Assembly (NCBI GenBank): GCA_965248575.1
Contig: CBDFJQ010000002.1
Span: forward strand, 2,688,001 to 2,752,000
Source of the DNA: Planctomycetota bacterium
GTDB lineage: Bacteria > Planctomycetota > B15-G4
Length of the DNA stretch: 64,000 bases
Direction of reading: 5' to 3'
This document shows positions 1-10,200 of this stretch, in pieces. Made by a program: the position numbers and the translations under genes. Positions within the stretch are counted from its first letter, which is position 1; each line of letters starts with the position of its first letter. The notes under the pieces are model-generated. The model had not been told where the DNA came from and did not search any database. It worked only from the letters and a program-made list of their open reading frames with translations.

Positions 1-1438
1 AGTTTCCTCGCACGCGATAGTCGAACGCTGCCTGGGACACGTGCCGGAACCGCCAGCCGCGCCTGCCCGCGTGCAGCCAGAACTCCCAGTCCTCCAGGCA
101 GATCATCTCGATGTCGTAGCCACCGACGTCCTCCCACAGGGCGCGGCGATAGAGCGCGCACGCGTCGATGTCGTTGCCGCCGAGCAACTTGCGCAGGTCG
201 AAGGCGGGCTGCGTGTAGACACCGCTGCGCGCGCCGAACAGCTGGCGATCGCCGTAGATGACCCCGATGTCCGGCGCTTGGTCCAGCGCGGCGACGGCCA
301 GCTCGAGGAAACCCGGGCGCAGGCGGTTGTCGGCGTCCAGGGGCAGGACGTACCGGCCACGGGCCCGCTCGATCCCGGCGTTGCGTGCAGACGAGAGACC
401 TCCGTTGACCTGTCGGAGCACGGTCGTGCCTCGCGCCCGGATCGCGTCGAGGATGCGCAGCGTCTCGGGGTCGGTCGAGCCGTCGTCGACGACGATCAGC
501 TCATGGGAGGCGTCAGCGAACTGTTCCACGCTCGCGAGAGCATCGAGCAGGTACACACCGTCGTCGTGCACCGGCACCACGATCGAGACGGCCACATCGC
601 CGGCATCTCCAGGCCCACACACGCTCGTCCGTGTCGGCTGTTCGGAGCGCCATAGCCCCCGCGCGGGGATGTCGGCCAGCTCGTCGAGGGCACCGAGCAA
701 GCGCACGCACTCCGGATAGGCGGCGGCCATGAGGTCCGCGCGCCTGTCGTCCGCCTGGCTCTGGAAGATCGTGGGGTCGAACGCCTCGGAGAGATCGGTG
801 GGGGTCAGATCGAGACCCAGCTTGCCCGTGAGCAGCTGGCGAAAGTCCTCGAGCTGGCTCGGCAGCGCGTTGCTGGACACGAGCAGGCAGCGGTCGCGGT
901 GCCGCTCGTAGAAACGGAGCAGCCGCTCGTTGTAGTGCGTCCAGATGCGGTGGCCGTACGATGGGTTCGCCAGGAAGACCGGCGCGCCACCTCGCTGCAT
1001 CGAGTCCGCGACCTCCCACGGGAATCGGTAGACGAGCACGTAGCGCGGCTGGTCGAGGCAGGCCTCCCAGACATCGAGCGTGAGCGTCGTGCGTGGATCC
1101 TTGAAGCCCCAGGCGACGCCCCCACCGGCGCGCTCGGCGGCCAGCTTTCGCGCCCGCTCTCCGAACTCCCCCAGCCTGGCCTCATCGAGCTCGTGCTCCT
1201 CGCACCAACCCCAGTCCACATGACCCGCTGCGCCTTCGGGCAACAGCTCCGCGAAGAGCTCCCCGTGCACGGTCACGATGTCGACGTCTTCGAAGTAACC
1301 GCGCTCGTTGTGGACGTCCGCAGGCAGCAGCCGCCGGCCCATGTCGATCCCGAGCGACGCGAGCATGCCACCGACCATCGAGGTGCCGGAGCGGTGCATG
1401 CCCGCTACGAGCACGGCAGGCGGCTCGCGGCTGGTCAA
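1..1438 (-). CDS. Sulfotransferase-family / GT2 glycosyltransferase fusion (3' end runs off the window)
   Basis: Not in the ORF track because it has no stop in the window. Manual translation from TTG 1438 (overlapping the upstream TGA) gives VAGMHRSGTS and WGFKDPRT (sulfotransferase-like), then in frame VSIVVPVHD...LIVVDDGS...NGGLSSARNAG...LPLDADN...EDWEFW (GT2). Confidence 0.85.
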   Translation of the reverse strand, partial: MTSREPPAVLVAGMHRSGTSMVGGMLASLGIDMGRRLLPADVHNERGYFEDVDIVTVHGELFAELLPEGAAGHVDWGWCEEHELDEARLGEFGERARKLAAERAGGGVAWGFKDPRTTLTLDVWEACLDQPRYVLVYRFPWEVADSMQRGGAPVFLANPSYGHRIWTHYNERLLRFYERHRDRCLLVSSNALPSQLEDFRQLLTGKLGLDLTPTDLSEAFDPTIFQSQADDRRADLMAAAYPECVRLLGALDELADIPARGLWRSEQPTRTSVCGPGDAGDVAVSIVVPVHDDGVYLLDALASVEQFADASHELIVVDDGSTDPETLRILDAIRARGTTVLRQVNGGLSSARNAGIERARGRYVLPLDADNRLRPGFLELAVAALDQAPDIGVIYGDRQLFGARSGVYTQPAFDLRKLLGGNDIDACALYRRALWEDVGGYDIEMICLEDWEFWLHAGRRGWRFRHVSQAAFDYRVRGN

Positions 1439-2241
1439 GTTGCGTACTCCGGGAAGACACGAAAGAGCAGCCGCTCCCGGTGTCGGAAAGAGCGCTCAAG
1501 CTCGGCGTCGAAGTACTCGTTCCAGGGACGCTTTGCTCGGGAACGCGCGACGTTGACGGGCCGCCGTTCGGCGAGGAAGGCCGTGTCGTCCGGGCTGAAG
1601 CCCTGCTCATGGAGAAAGGACGCCAACTCGCCGGCGAGGTCCTCCAGATGCAGGAAGTGCACGTCGGCGAGGTCTTCGATCATGGCGCCACTGTCGATGC
1701 TCGCGTTGCTGAGGCGGGCCAAGGCGGCGTCGGGATCAGGGGCAAGGAAGCGCATCAGGTGGAGCGACTGGGAACCCACGTCCGCCTGGCAGTCGACGCC
1801 CTGCAACACGTTTGGTCGATCGAAGACATCCATCAGCTCGAGGTACTGTCGGAAGTCGAGATCGGGGAAGGACGGAAAGCGGTCCTGCACGGCCCGTCGG
1901 TCAGCCGGTGGTCGCTCACGCCAGAACCCGTGCTCGTACAACGAGACCGCCCGGTCGAGAGGGTGGCGTGTCACGCAGACATGCGGCCGGTCGCGGTAGC
2001 GCGCTGGGATCTGGGAGACGCACCCGTGCTGGCTGCGTCGCCCCTCCCGGCGCGCTTGGAGCGTGCGGTCCATCCGATGACTCAGCTCGCGGAACCGGCG
2101 GCACCCCCAACCCAGTCGGCCCCGGAGCTCCCGCAACGGTCCGGCTTCGCACTGACCGTAGAGCTCGCGCAACACGCCACGCATGAAGGTCGAACCCGTG
2201 CGCGGATAGTTCAGCAAGACGAACCGGTCCGTGATGATCAA
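1435..2241 (-). CDS. Sulfotransferase-family protein
   Basis: N-terminal YPRTGST (5'-PSB-like) and later RHPLDRAVSLY (3'-PB-like); 4-bp overlaps with both neighbours. Confidence 0.7.
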   Translation of the reverse strand: MIITDRFVLLNYPRTGSTFMRGVLRELYGQCEAGPLRELRGRLGWGCRRFRELSHRMDRTLQARREGRRSQHGCVSQIPARYRDRPHVCVTRHPLDRAVSLYEHGFWRERPPADRRAVQDRFPSFPDLDFRQYLELMDVFDRPNVLQGVDCQADVGSQSLHLMRFLAPDPDAALARLSNASIDSGAMIEDLADVHFLHLEDLAGELASFLHEQGFSPDDTAFLAERRPVNVARSRAKRPWNEYFDAELERSFRHRERLLFRVFPEYAT

Positions 2242-3209
2242 CCCGACGCCTCGGCGGGACCCATCTGCTCGGCATCCAGCGGCGTCACGGCGCGCGCCGA
2301 CGGAGGGCGCAACTCGTCGGACAGGCCGAGGCCGTATCGCAGCGCGGCCATGAAGAGATGCCGCGCGGCCCGCAGGTGTCCCTGCATGAGCAGCTGCCTG
2401 AGGTCGTCGGCGAACGTCAAGGCCGTGAAGAAGGGCGCCGAGAGCCTACTGGCGTGCTTGCGATGGAACACTCCCGTGCTGCGCACCTTGCACGCCCACC
2501 GCCACGCCTCCGAGCGCACCGCGCGGGCCCCGTCGGGCTGGTCGTGCCACATGAGGGCCTTCGGCTCGCACCAGATCTCGTAGCCTGCGGCGCGCATCCG
2601 CCGGCACAGATCGAGGTCTTCGTAGTACATCGGGAACTCGCTGTCGAACCCGCCCACCTCTCGCAGCGCCGCCATGCGGATGAGCATGCCGTGGCCCCAC
2701 ACGTAGTCGGTGCAGGCGGCCTCGCTTCGGGGTTCGGTTTCGGCCCGTCCGATGCCGGGAATGCGCTGCCCGAGGGGCAGGCGACCCTGCCACGATCCGG
2801 CATAGATGAGCCGCGGCTGACCGTCGGGCATGGGGTCGAAGGAGAACGTCTTGGGGCCCACGATGCCGGCCGACGGATGCCGATCGGCGAAGCAAGCCAG
2901 CGCGCCAAGCATCTCCGGATCGACGAGCGTGTCCTGGTTCAAGAGCAGGACCCACTCGGCGCCCGCTTCCTCCAGTCGCTGGAACCCGACGTTGCAGGTG
3001 TGACCGAAGCCCCTGTTCTCCGGAAGGGCGAGCACCTCGCAGGTGGGTGCATGCTCACGCACGGAAGCCACGGTGTCATCCCTGGACCCGTCATCGACCA
3101 CCAGGATCCGTCGTGGTGCCTCCTGGGATGCGAAGAGCGAGTCGAGGCAACGAAGCAGGGTGTCGCGCTGGTTGTTGGATGGGATGAGCACGTCGATGTC
3201 GCACGTCAT
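2238..3209 (-). CDS. GT2 glycosyltransferase
   Basis: C-terminal part of the 812-aa track ORF; probable start MTCDIDVLIPS; ILVVDDGS, NRGFG, LLLNQD, GGFD..FPMYYEDLDLC. Confidence 0.88.
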   Translation of the reverse strand: MTCDIDVLIPSNNQRDTLLRCLDSLFASQEAPRRILVVDDGSRDDTVASVREHAPTCEVLALPENRGFGHTCNVGFQRLEEAGAEWVLLLNQDTLVDPEMLGALACFADRHPSAGIVGPKTFSFDPMPDGQPRLIYAGSWQGRLPLGQRIPGIGRAETEPRSEAACTDYVWGHGMLIRMAALREVGGFDSEFPMYYEDLDLCRRMRAAGYEIWCEPKALMWHDQPDGARAVRSEAWRWACKVRSTGVFHRKHASRLSAPFFTALTFADDLRQLLMQGHLRAARHLFMAALRYGLGLSDELRPPSARAVTPLDAEQMGPAEASG

Positions 3210-3350
3210 GCGCGAAGTATACCCGCATGACCCAAGCCATCGCGGGCGACACCAGCGTCGCTGCCCGTGTTTCCGGACTGTCCAAGCTGCAAGACCTGCT
3301 AGTCTGGCCCCGATGGTGGAGCTGTCTCGATTCCCCGACGGAACCGCCCA

Positions 3351-4871
3351 GTGACGCCCTCCATCTCTCCGGAGGGAGACGCCGGCACGACGGATCCACA
3401 ACACAGCAGGGCAGCCGCCGAGACCGGCGGGGTCTTCGCTGCCCAGGTCGTGACCCATCTGTTGCGCTATGCCGGTGCGGTCTGCCTGGCCCAGGCGGTC
3501 GGAGTCGCGTGGTACGGCAGCTACACCCTCGGCCTGACCGTGGTGACCGTGCTCGGCATGGTCTCGTTGATGGGGGTCGCGCCGGGGGCCTTGCCGCTGC
3601 TGGCACGGGCGCGGCGGGCAGCCGATGCCGAACGGCTGTCCGCCGTCGTCCGGGCCACCTGGGTCATCGTGCTGATCTGCGCCGTGCCAGCGACGCTGGC
3701 CGTGACGCTGGGTGGGCGATGGATCGGGATCGCGGCTTTCGACGAGCCGGCACTGGCGAGCATCCTCCCGCTGTTCGGATTGTTCGTGCTGCTCTCGGCG
3801 TTGAGCCGCGGGACCGCGGGGCTCGTGCAAGGGCTGCTCGGCGCCCACCGCCAGGCGCTCATCGAGCCATTGCTCGTCGTCGCCGTCACGGTCGCCGGAC
3901 TGGCCTGCACCTGGTATTTCGACTGGGGCATCACAGCGGCCGTGCTGGCCACCTTGGCCGGTCCGCTGGCCGGGGTCGTCGTCGGCGCGCGGCTGGTCTT
4001 CGCGACCGTGCCGGATGTCGCGCGTCTCGCCAGCCCGGCGAAGCTGCCTGTTCGGGAGCTCTTCGCCGACTCGTGGCCCCTCATGGGTGTGAGCACCTTT
4101 GCCTTCCTGCTCATGTGGATGGACGTGCTGCTCATGGGCGTCTTCCGGGGCGCCGACGAGGTGGGTGTCTATGGTGCCTGCGCCCGACTCGCGGTGACGG
4201 TGTTGCTCTTGCACAGTGCGGCCGGCCCCGTCCTTCTCGCTCGACTCAGCACGCACATCGCAGGAGACGAGTGGTCGGCCGCCCGGCACCTGTACCGCGC
4301 GACGTGCCGCTGGTCTGCCTGGGCCGGTGCCACCCTGGCCGGCACCCTGATCGTCTGGCGTCACGAGCTGCTCGGCCTCTTCGGGGAGCAGTTCGTCGTG
4401 GGCGCCTCGACGCTCGCCGTGCTCGCGAGCGGCCGCCTCGTCACCGCGAGTGTCGGCATGTGTGGGCAGGTGCTGGTGGCGACGGGCCGAGGGCGACTCG
4501 GCCTCTTGAACCTGATCGTGATGGTGGCCTGCAACGGCGTGCTCGACATCCTCTGGATCCCCCGGTACGGCGGAATGGGCGCGGCCGCGGCCACCTGCGC
4601 GAGTATCGTGCTCGTCAAGTCGCTGCAGAGCGTGCAGGTGTGGCGGATCTTCGGAATGCATCCATTCTCGACGCAAAGCCTGAAGGCCCTGCCAGCCATC
4701 GCCGTCGTGACGGTGCTCGCGGAAACTGCGAAGGGTGAGCCGACGCCGGGATACCTCTGGCTCGTCGGGCTGGCGGGCTTCGCACTCGTCTGCGGGTTGC
4801 TCTACTACTGGCTGGGTGCCGACGAGGACGACCGTTCGGTGATCGGCACCTGGTTGCAGCGAGGCGTCTGA
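3351..4871 (+). CDS. Polysaccharide/oligosaccharide flippase (Wzx/MOP family)
   Basis: 506 aa with many hydrophobic segments; DVLLMG...EVGVYG and IPRYGGMGAAAAT motifs; glycan-locus context. Confidence 0.85.
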   Translation: MTPSISPEGDAGTTDPQHSRAAAETGGVFAAQVVTHLLRYAGAVCLAQAVGVAWYGSYTLGLTVVTVLGMVSLMGVAPGALPLLARARRAADAERLSAVVRATWVIVLICAVPATLAVTLGGRWIGIAAFDEPALASILPLFGLFVLLSALSRGTAGLVQGLLGAHRQALIEPLLVVAVTVAGLACTWYFDWGITAAVLATLAGPLAGVVVGARLVFATVPDVARLASPAKLPVRELFADSWPLMGVSTFAFLLMWMDVLLMGVFRGADEVGVYGACARLAVTVLLLHSAAGPVLLARLSTHIAGDEWSAARHLYRATCRWSAWAGATLAGTLIVWRHELLGLFGEQFVVGASTLAVLASGRLVTASVGMCGQVLVATGRGRLGLLNLIVMVACNGVLDILWIPRYGGMGAAAATCASIVLVKSLQSVQVWRIFGMHPFSTQSLKALPAIAVVTVLAETAKGEPTPGYLWLVGLAGFALVCGLLYYWLGADEDDRSVIGTWLQRGV

Positions 4872-4884
4872 GCTGGGGCGCTCG

Positions 4885-6285
4885 TCAGCGGGCGCCGCCG
4901 TCTTCGGCGGGCAGTGACCAGTGCTCGTCTTCCTCCTCGACGATCTTCACCTGCTGCCGGATGTAGTGGGCAGGGTGGTCGATGCGCCCGGCGTGGGTGA
5001 CGGCCCGGGCCTCATCCGTGCCGAACATCTCGGCGTAGTCGCCGTGGAAGCCGTCGCAGATGCGTCGTAGATCACATCGGCTGCAGGCTGACGCGTACTG
5101 GTAGCCGCAGTGCTCGACCGCCCGCAGCTCGCCATTGTTCCAGTACAGCTGCTCTCGATCGAGCTGCCGACCGAAGACCCTGGAGGCGGCGGCATAACCA
5201 CGTCTCACGACCGACGCCAGCGTCTCGCTCCGCTCGATCAGGTGCTTGAGCGGGGTGGTGAGGAAGCGCCACCGGCCGGTGCTGACGCGGGGCTCGAGGG
5301 GCGGCGGTGTCGTGGGCGGTCCAGGGCGGCTGCGCTGCTCCTGCATGCCGGTCCAGCTCCAGCTCGCATAGTCCCACTCGTGGTGGTCATAGGACAGCTG
5401 CTTGAAGTTGTACATCGACTTGCGGTGCCTCTCAGCCACCAGGCAGAGCGGGAAGTAGCGCACGTTGGCTTCCACGCCGGCGGCTTCGAGCCGATCGAGG
5501 GCCTCGTCGAGTGGGCCACTCACCTCCGCATATCGCGGGACGTTCTCGTCTGTTCGGACCCCCGCCTTCAACTGGTCCTCGAACGGGTTGAAGGTGAGGA
5601 AGTTGACCGCGTTGGCACCGGTCGCGATCGCCAGGTCGGCGATGGCCGGGAGCTGTGGCGTGGCGGCCTTGGACATGACGCAGTTGAAGCGAAAAGGGAT
5701 GCCCAGCTGCTGGAAGTTCCGCAGCGCCTGCATCTGCTTCTCGTGGGCGCCTTCCAACCCCACGGCCATGTCGTGCTGCGCGCCGAGACCCTGCACGCTG
5801 ACCAGGAAGTCGCGCACCCCCGCCTCTTGCAGGTCGCGGCAACGTCCCTCGTCGGCCAGCACGACGGCGTTCGTGATCAGCGTCGGATGCAAGCCGATGT
5901 CGCGGCAATGGCTGACAAGGTCGAGGATGCCTGGAAAGAGCGTCGGCTCACCACCCTGGATGTCGATGGCGTTGTTGCCGTACTCCTCCCTCAGGACACC
6001 GCAGATCTCCTTGGCCTTCTCGAGCGTCATGAACGGGTGCTCGATGTGTTCGGCGTCCTCGATGCGGTCGAGGAAGTAGCAGAAGTGGCAGCGCAGGTTG
6101 CAGGTCTGGCCCAGCCACATGACACCGCGCCGCGTGAGCATGCGCCGGGTGGTCGTGGCGTACGGCACGGGCGCTCTGCGCGACGAGGTGGAGGCGATTT
6201 CGAGCGCAGCCGCGAGCAGCTCTTCGGGTGGAGCGAGCGACTCGGGGATGTGCGATGCGCCACGTGCGACGACGATTCTGGCCAT
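4885..6285 (-). CDS. Radical SAM protein with a C-terminal Cys cluster (SPASM/twitch-like)
   Basis: CNLRCHFC, GGEPT, LITN; C-terminal C..C...C.G (CSRCDLRRICDG). Confidence 0.88.
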   Translation of the reverse strand: MARIVVARGASHIPESLAPPEELLAAALEIASTSSRRAPVPYATTTRRMLTRRGVMWLGQTCNLRCHFCYFLDRIEDAEHIEHPFMTLEKAKEICGVLREEYGNNAIDIQGGEPTLFPGILDLVSHCRDIGLHPTLITNAVVLADEGRCRDLQEAGVRDFLVSVQGLGAQHDMAVGLEGAHEKQMQALRNFQQLGIPFRFNCVMSKAATPQLPAIADLAIATGANAVNFLTFNPFEDQLKAGVRTDENVPRYAEVSGPLDEALDRLEAAGVEANVRYFPLCLVAERHRKSMYNFKQLSYDHHEWDYASWSWTGMQEQRSRPGPPTTPPPLEPRVSTGRWRFLTTPLKHLIERSETLASVVRRGYAAASRVFGRQLDREQLYWNNGELRAVEHCGYQYASACSRCDLRRICDGFHGDYAEMFGTDEARAVTHAGRIDHPAHYIRQQVKIVEEEDEHWSLPAEDGGAR

Positions 6286-6314
6286 GTGAGTCCTTGGGGC
6301 GAAGGCTGATCAGC

Positions 6315-7190
6315 CTATCGCAGATGCTTCCTGCGGGCGGAGAAGAACCCGATCGCGTTGGCGACCTGGGAGACGCACAGCAGTGCGCTCACCCTGAAGG
6401 GGTGGGGCTCACCCGGCTGCCGGAACGGAAAGAAGACGAGGTCCGAATAGAACTTCAGCGGCTCGAAGGAGTCGGGCGTGGCGCGATCGTTCCGCTTGCT
6501 GTGGAACTGGAAGGCGCCTTGGCCATACCGATGGTGCTGCCTCCAGAACCGACCCAGCGAGAGTTCATGGTGGTGCTCGATGATCGCTTCGGGAACGAAA
6601 CGCAAATCGATGTCTTGCTCGAGACAACGGGCGCAGAAGTCGCGGTCCTCCCCTCCTGCGAGGCCGAACTTCGTATCGAACCCGCCCAACTCCTCGAAGG
6701 TCGCGCGCGACATGGCGATGTTGTTGGAGGCCAGGAACGGGGCCCTCTTCTGCATGTAGTAGGCCGTGATGTAGGTGACGAGGGCCTGGCTCGCTCGCGA
6801 ATACGCATTGTCCGTCAGGGCATTGGCCGTGTGCCCACCCACCATCCTCCTCGGCCCCTCTCCGAGAGCCCGGGTGAGTTCGGTGATCCAGTCCGGGTGC
6901 GGCTGGCAGTCGTCGTCGGCGAACGCCAGCACGTCGAACCGCGCCAGGCGCGCCCCTCGGTTGCGCGCCGACGCAGGCCCCGCGTGAGACTGCGAGGCCC
7001 AGGTGACGTGCAGCCCATCCGGCCGAGGTTCACGCCGGCCATTCAAGCCGGCTTCGGGCTCCCCGTCCTCGACCACCACCACCTCGAGGGCGTCGCGCGG
7101 GTGGTCCAGCCGAGCCATCGCATCGAGCGTGCGCGCCAGGGCTTCCGAGCGCCGGTAGGTGGGAATGATGATCGAGACGTCTGGAGTCAT
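6315..7190 (-). CDS. GT2 glycosyltransferase
   Basis: VSIIIPTY, VVVVEDG, GPASARNRG, AFADDD, GGFD..F..GGEDRD. Confidence 0.9.
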   Translation of the reverse strand: MTPDVSIIIPTYRRSEALARTLDAMARLDHPRDALEVVVVEDGEPEAGLNGRREPRPDGLHVTWASQSHAGPASARNRGARLARFDVLAFADDDCQPHPDWITELTRALGEGPRRMVGGHTANALTDNAYSRASQALVTYITAYYMQKRAPFLASNNIAMSRATFEELGGFDTKFGLAGGEDRDFCARCLEQDIDLRFVPEAIIEHHHELSLGRFWRQHHRYGQGAFQFHSKRNDRATPDSFEPLKFYSDLVFFPFRQPGEPHPFRVSALLCVSQVANAIGFFSARRKHLR

Positions 7191-7217
7191 GGTTGCCCAT
7201 GGTTGCCCATGGTTGCC
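7188..7217. repeat. Tandem repeat, 3 x 10 bp (CATGGTTGCC)
   Basis: Three exact copies fill the gap between the stop of the large secreted protein and the GT2 ATG. Confidence 0.9.
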
Positions 7218-7220
7218 GGA

Positions 7221-10200
7221 CTACGGGGTCTGGTCGAGGAGGGACTCGGGGGGCAGGAACGCCCGGCTGAACCTCGGCTCATCGAACTGCCCGAAGAGCC
7301 ATTGGTTCGTCGAGCCCGCCGCATTCTCGTGCGCTGCCATGATGAACGTGCCCACGTTGGCGATGGTCGGCTTCTCGAAGGGGATCGTCTCGAACACGCC
7401 GTCCACGCCGAAGCGGAGCTCGAGTCGATCGGCATCGTAGGCCACGCTCACGAAGTGCCACTCGGTGTCATCGACACTGAGCGAGCTGACGATCTTGTTC
7501 ACCGATGCGCCGTCACCGTAGCGGAACAGCAGCTCCCGTCCGGTGGTTCCCAGATCACCCGCCTGCACCAGCAAGCCGTACTCGAGGAGCACGTCGCTGG
7601 ACGACGGCGGCTTCTTCATGAACAGCCACTTGCGATCATTGGCGGAGGAGTTGTCGCTCACGAAGAACACCCTGACCCAGGCCTCCAGGGTGAAGCTGTT
7701 GTCGGGGACACTCAGAAGTCCTCCGACGTCCGGGACGCGCACGTCCGATGTGAGGTCGTGGTCCAGTGCCTGCAGGTTCGGCGCGCCGGTCTGCGGAATG
7801 ACGGCCACGGGCACGTCCGTGATGTACACGGGAGTGCTGAAGCCCCCGAACGTGCCGTCGAGACCGTTGGCAGTCGAGTCGGGAACGGTCTGACCCATCG
7901 CCTGCTCGAAGCGCCAGTAGCCGGTGCCACCCTGGCAATCGTCAGGGACACAGTTCCCGTCCAGGTCCTGGTCCAGGCTGTCGGGGATGCCGTTGAGATT
8001 GCAGTCCGAGTCAGCCGGATCGGGGATGCCGTCGCCATTGATGTCCGTCCCGGGCGACAAGGCGCTCGAGGGCACCGTCACCTTCGCGTTTCCGGGTACG
8101 GTCCAGCGCAGCTCCACGGAGGCGGTCCCACCGGTCTCGCAGTAATCCAGCCGAACGAGATGGCTGGTCGAGGCGTCCAGGGAGACGTTCGCCGAGGACG
8201 TGCCTGCGCCGGTCCAGTTGTCGATGAGGAGCACCTCGTCGATCCAGAGACGGGCACCGTCGTCGCTCTGCACTTCGAACGCATAGTTGCCGGAGACGGG
8301 CGGCGTGGTGAGGGTGCCCGTCCACCGGGCGCCGAACCTGTCGACGGGGACGCCCACGGGGGACGTCAGGCCCCAGTCGAAGTCCACCTGCGGGTCCACC
8401 ACGGTCTGGGTGCGCGAGCTGAACTCGAGCGTCAGCGGGTGGAGCATGAAGTACTGGCCCACCAGCCCCGGTCCCGCGCCGGTCTCGCAGCTGTCGAGCC
8501 ACCCGTTGCCGTCCTTGTCGTCGCAACGCTGGCACTCATCGGGCACCAGGTTGGCGTCGCAGTCGAGCGAGGTGCCGCCGACAATGTCGTCGAGGTCCTC
8601 CACCAGGTTGCCGTTGCAGTCGCTGACCAGCTGGCACACGTCCGGGATGCCGTCGAGGTTGCGGTCGTAGATCGGTCGCGTCTCGGCGGGCATGACCGGC
8701 AGCATCGAACCGCCGGGCGGCTGCCACTGGAACTGGAGCTGGTCGCCGTTGGTGTCCCGGAACTCCAGACGGAGCTGGTACTCCATCGCGGAGCCCAACA
8801 GGATCGTGTTCTCGGAGTCGATGACGCCGGTGCCGGCTTCCACCCACTCGTCGACCAGCAGCACGCCGTTCACCCACAGGCGCACGGGACCCTCGTGCAG
8901 CAGGCTGAACCCGTGGACACCGCTGGCGGTGGTCAGGATCGAGCCCGTCCAGCGAGCGCTGAAGCCGGTGGGCGGGATGCCAGGTGGTGGCGATGTCAGC
9001 GTGAAGTCGAAATCGACCTGTGGGTCGATCCGTGCGACGGGTGAGCCGCTCAGGTTGTCGGAGGCGTAGTACTCGGCCGCCAGGCCCGTCGGCGTGACCG
9101 CCTGGCAGAGGTCAGCGAGGCCGTTGCCGTCACAATCGACGAGGCCCTGGCAGCTGTCCGGGACGCCGTCGAAGTTGCAGTCAGTCTCCAGGCCGGACAG
9201 GATGTCGAGGTCGTCCGGGATGAGGTTCCCGTTGCAGTCGGGCTCGCAGTCGTCGGGCAATAGGTTCAGGTTCAGATCGACGCTCTCGAGGCAGTGACCG
9301 GTCGTGCAGGTGATGGCGCGGATGGCCCAGTCTCCGTCGCACGCGCAGACCGTGTTGAGCCGCCCGAACTCGGCCGCACCCGCTGAGAGGTCGTTCAGGT
9401 CGATGGGAGCGTCCGCACTCACGAACCACGCGTTGAGGTCGGGAGACGTCTCGTCGAATGGTGCCGGGTACAGGGTCGGAAGCGGAGGGGTCTGGTCGAA
9501 GTGCCCGGTGGCACCGAGGAAGAACGAGGTGCCGGCCGCTCCGACGAAGGTGTCCGGAATGTTCACGAGGACAAACTGGCCGCTGCCCTCGAGGATGGAG
9601 ATCACGGGGTGACCCAGGATCAGCTGGGCGTCCGTGGGGTCGCCGTCCCCGTTCGGGTCGCTCCACAGGCACACGGTGACCACGGTGCCCGCCTGCAGGA
9701 AGCCCCATGCCAACTCGACGTCGGTGACGACCTCACCGCCGGGCTGGACCAGGTGGGGGGTCAGCCACATCTGGTAATCGTGGTTGGTCCCGACTGAGTT
9801 GCCGCCCCAGCCGTCGTCGTAGGCATAGGTCACGAGACCCGGATCGGTCTGGCACTCGTCGGGGATGCCATCACCCTGACAGTCCTCCGAGAACCCGAGT
9901 GCGATGTCCTGGTCGTCGGGAGTCCCGTTGCCGTTGCAGTCCTGTACCTGGCAAGCGTCCGGCGTGCCGTTGAAGTCAGTGTCCTGGAGTTCGCCGCAGT
10001 GCCCGGTCGGGCAGGAGATCGCCCTCAGGACCCAGTCCGCGTTGTTGATCTGCCCCACGGAGAGCGCGCCGGCGGCCAGGTCCTCGGGAACGATCGGCGT
10101 GTCGGACGCAATGATCCAGCTCTTGTAGCTGGCAGTACTGAAGTCGACTGAAAAGGGCCGGTCGGTGATCGTGAAGCCGCCGAGCACGCCGACGAAGTAG

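Noticed and set aside
3210..4676. N-terminal 490 aa of the 812-aa ORF as part of the GT2
   Set aside because: Antisense to the flippase; GT2 similarity begins at 3209.
6228..9044. 938-aa plus-strand ORF
   Set aside because: Antisense shadow of the GT2 and PA14/LamG genes; no motifs; typical of high-GC DNA.
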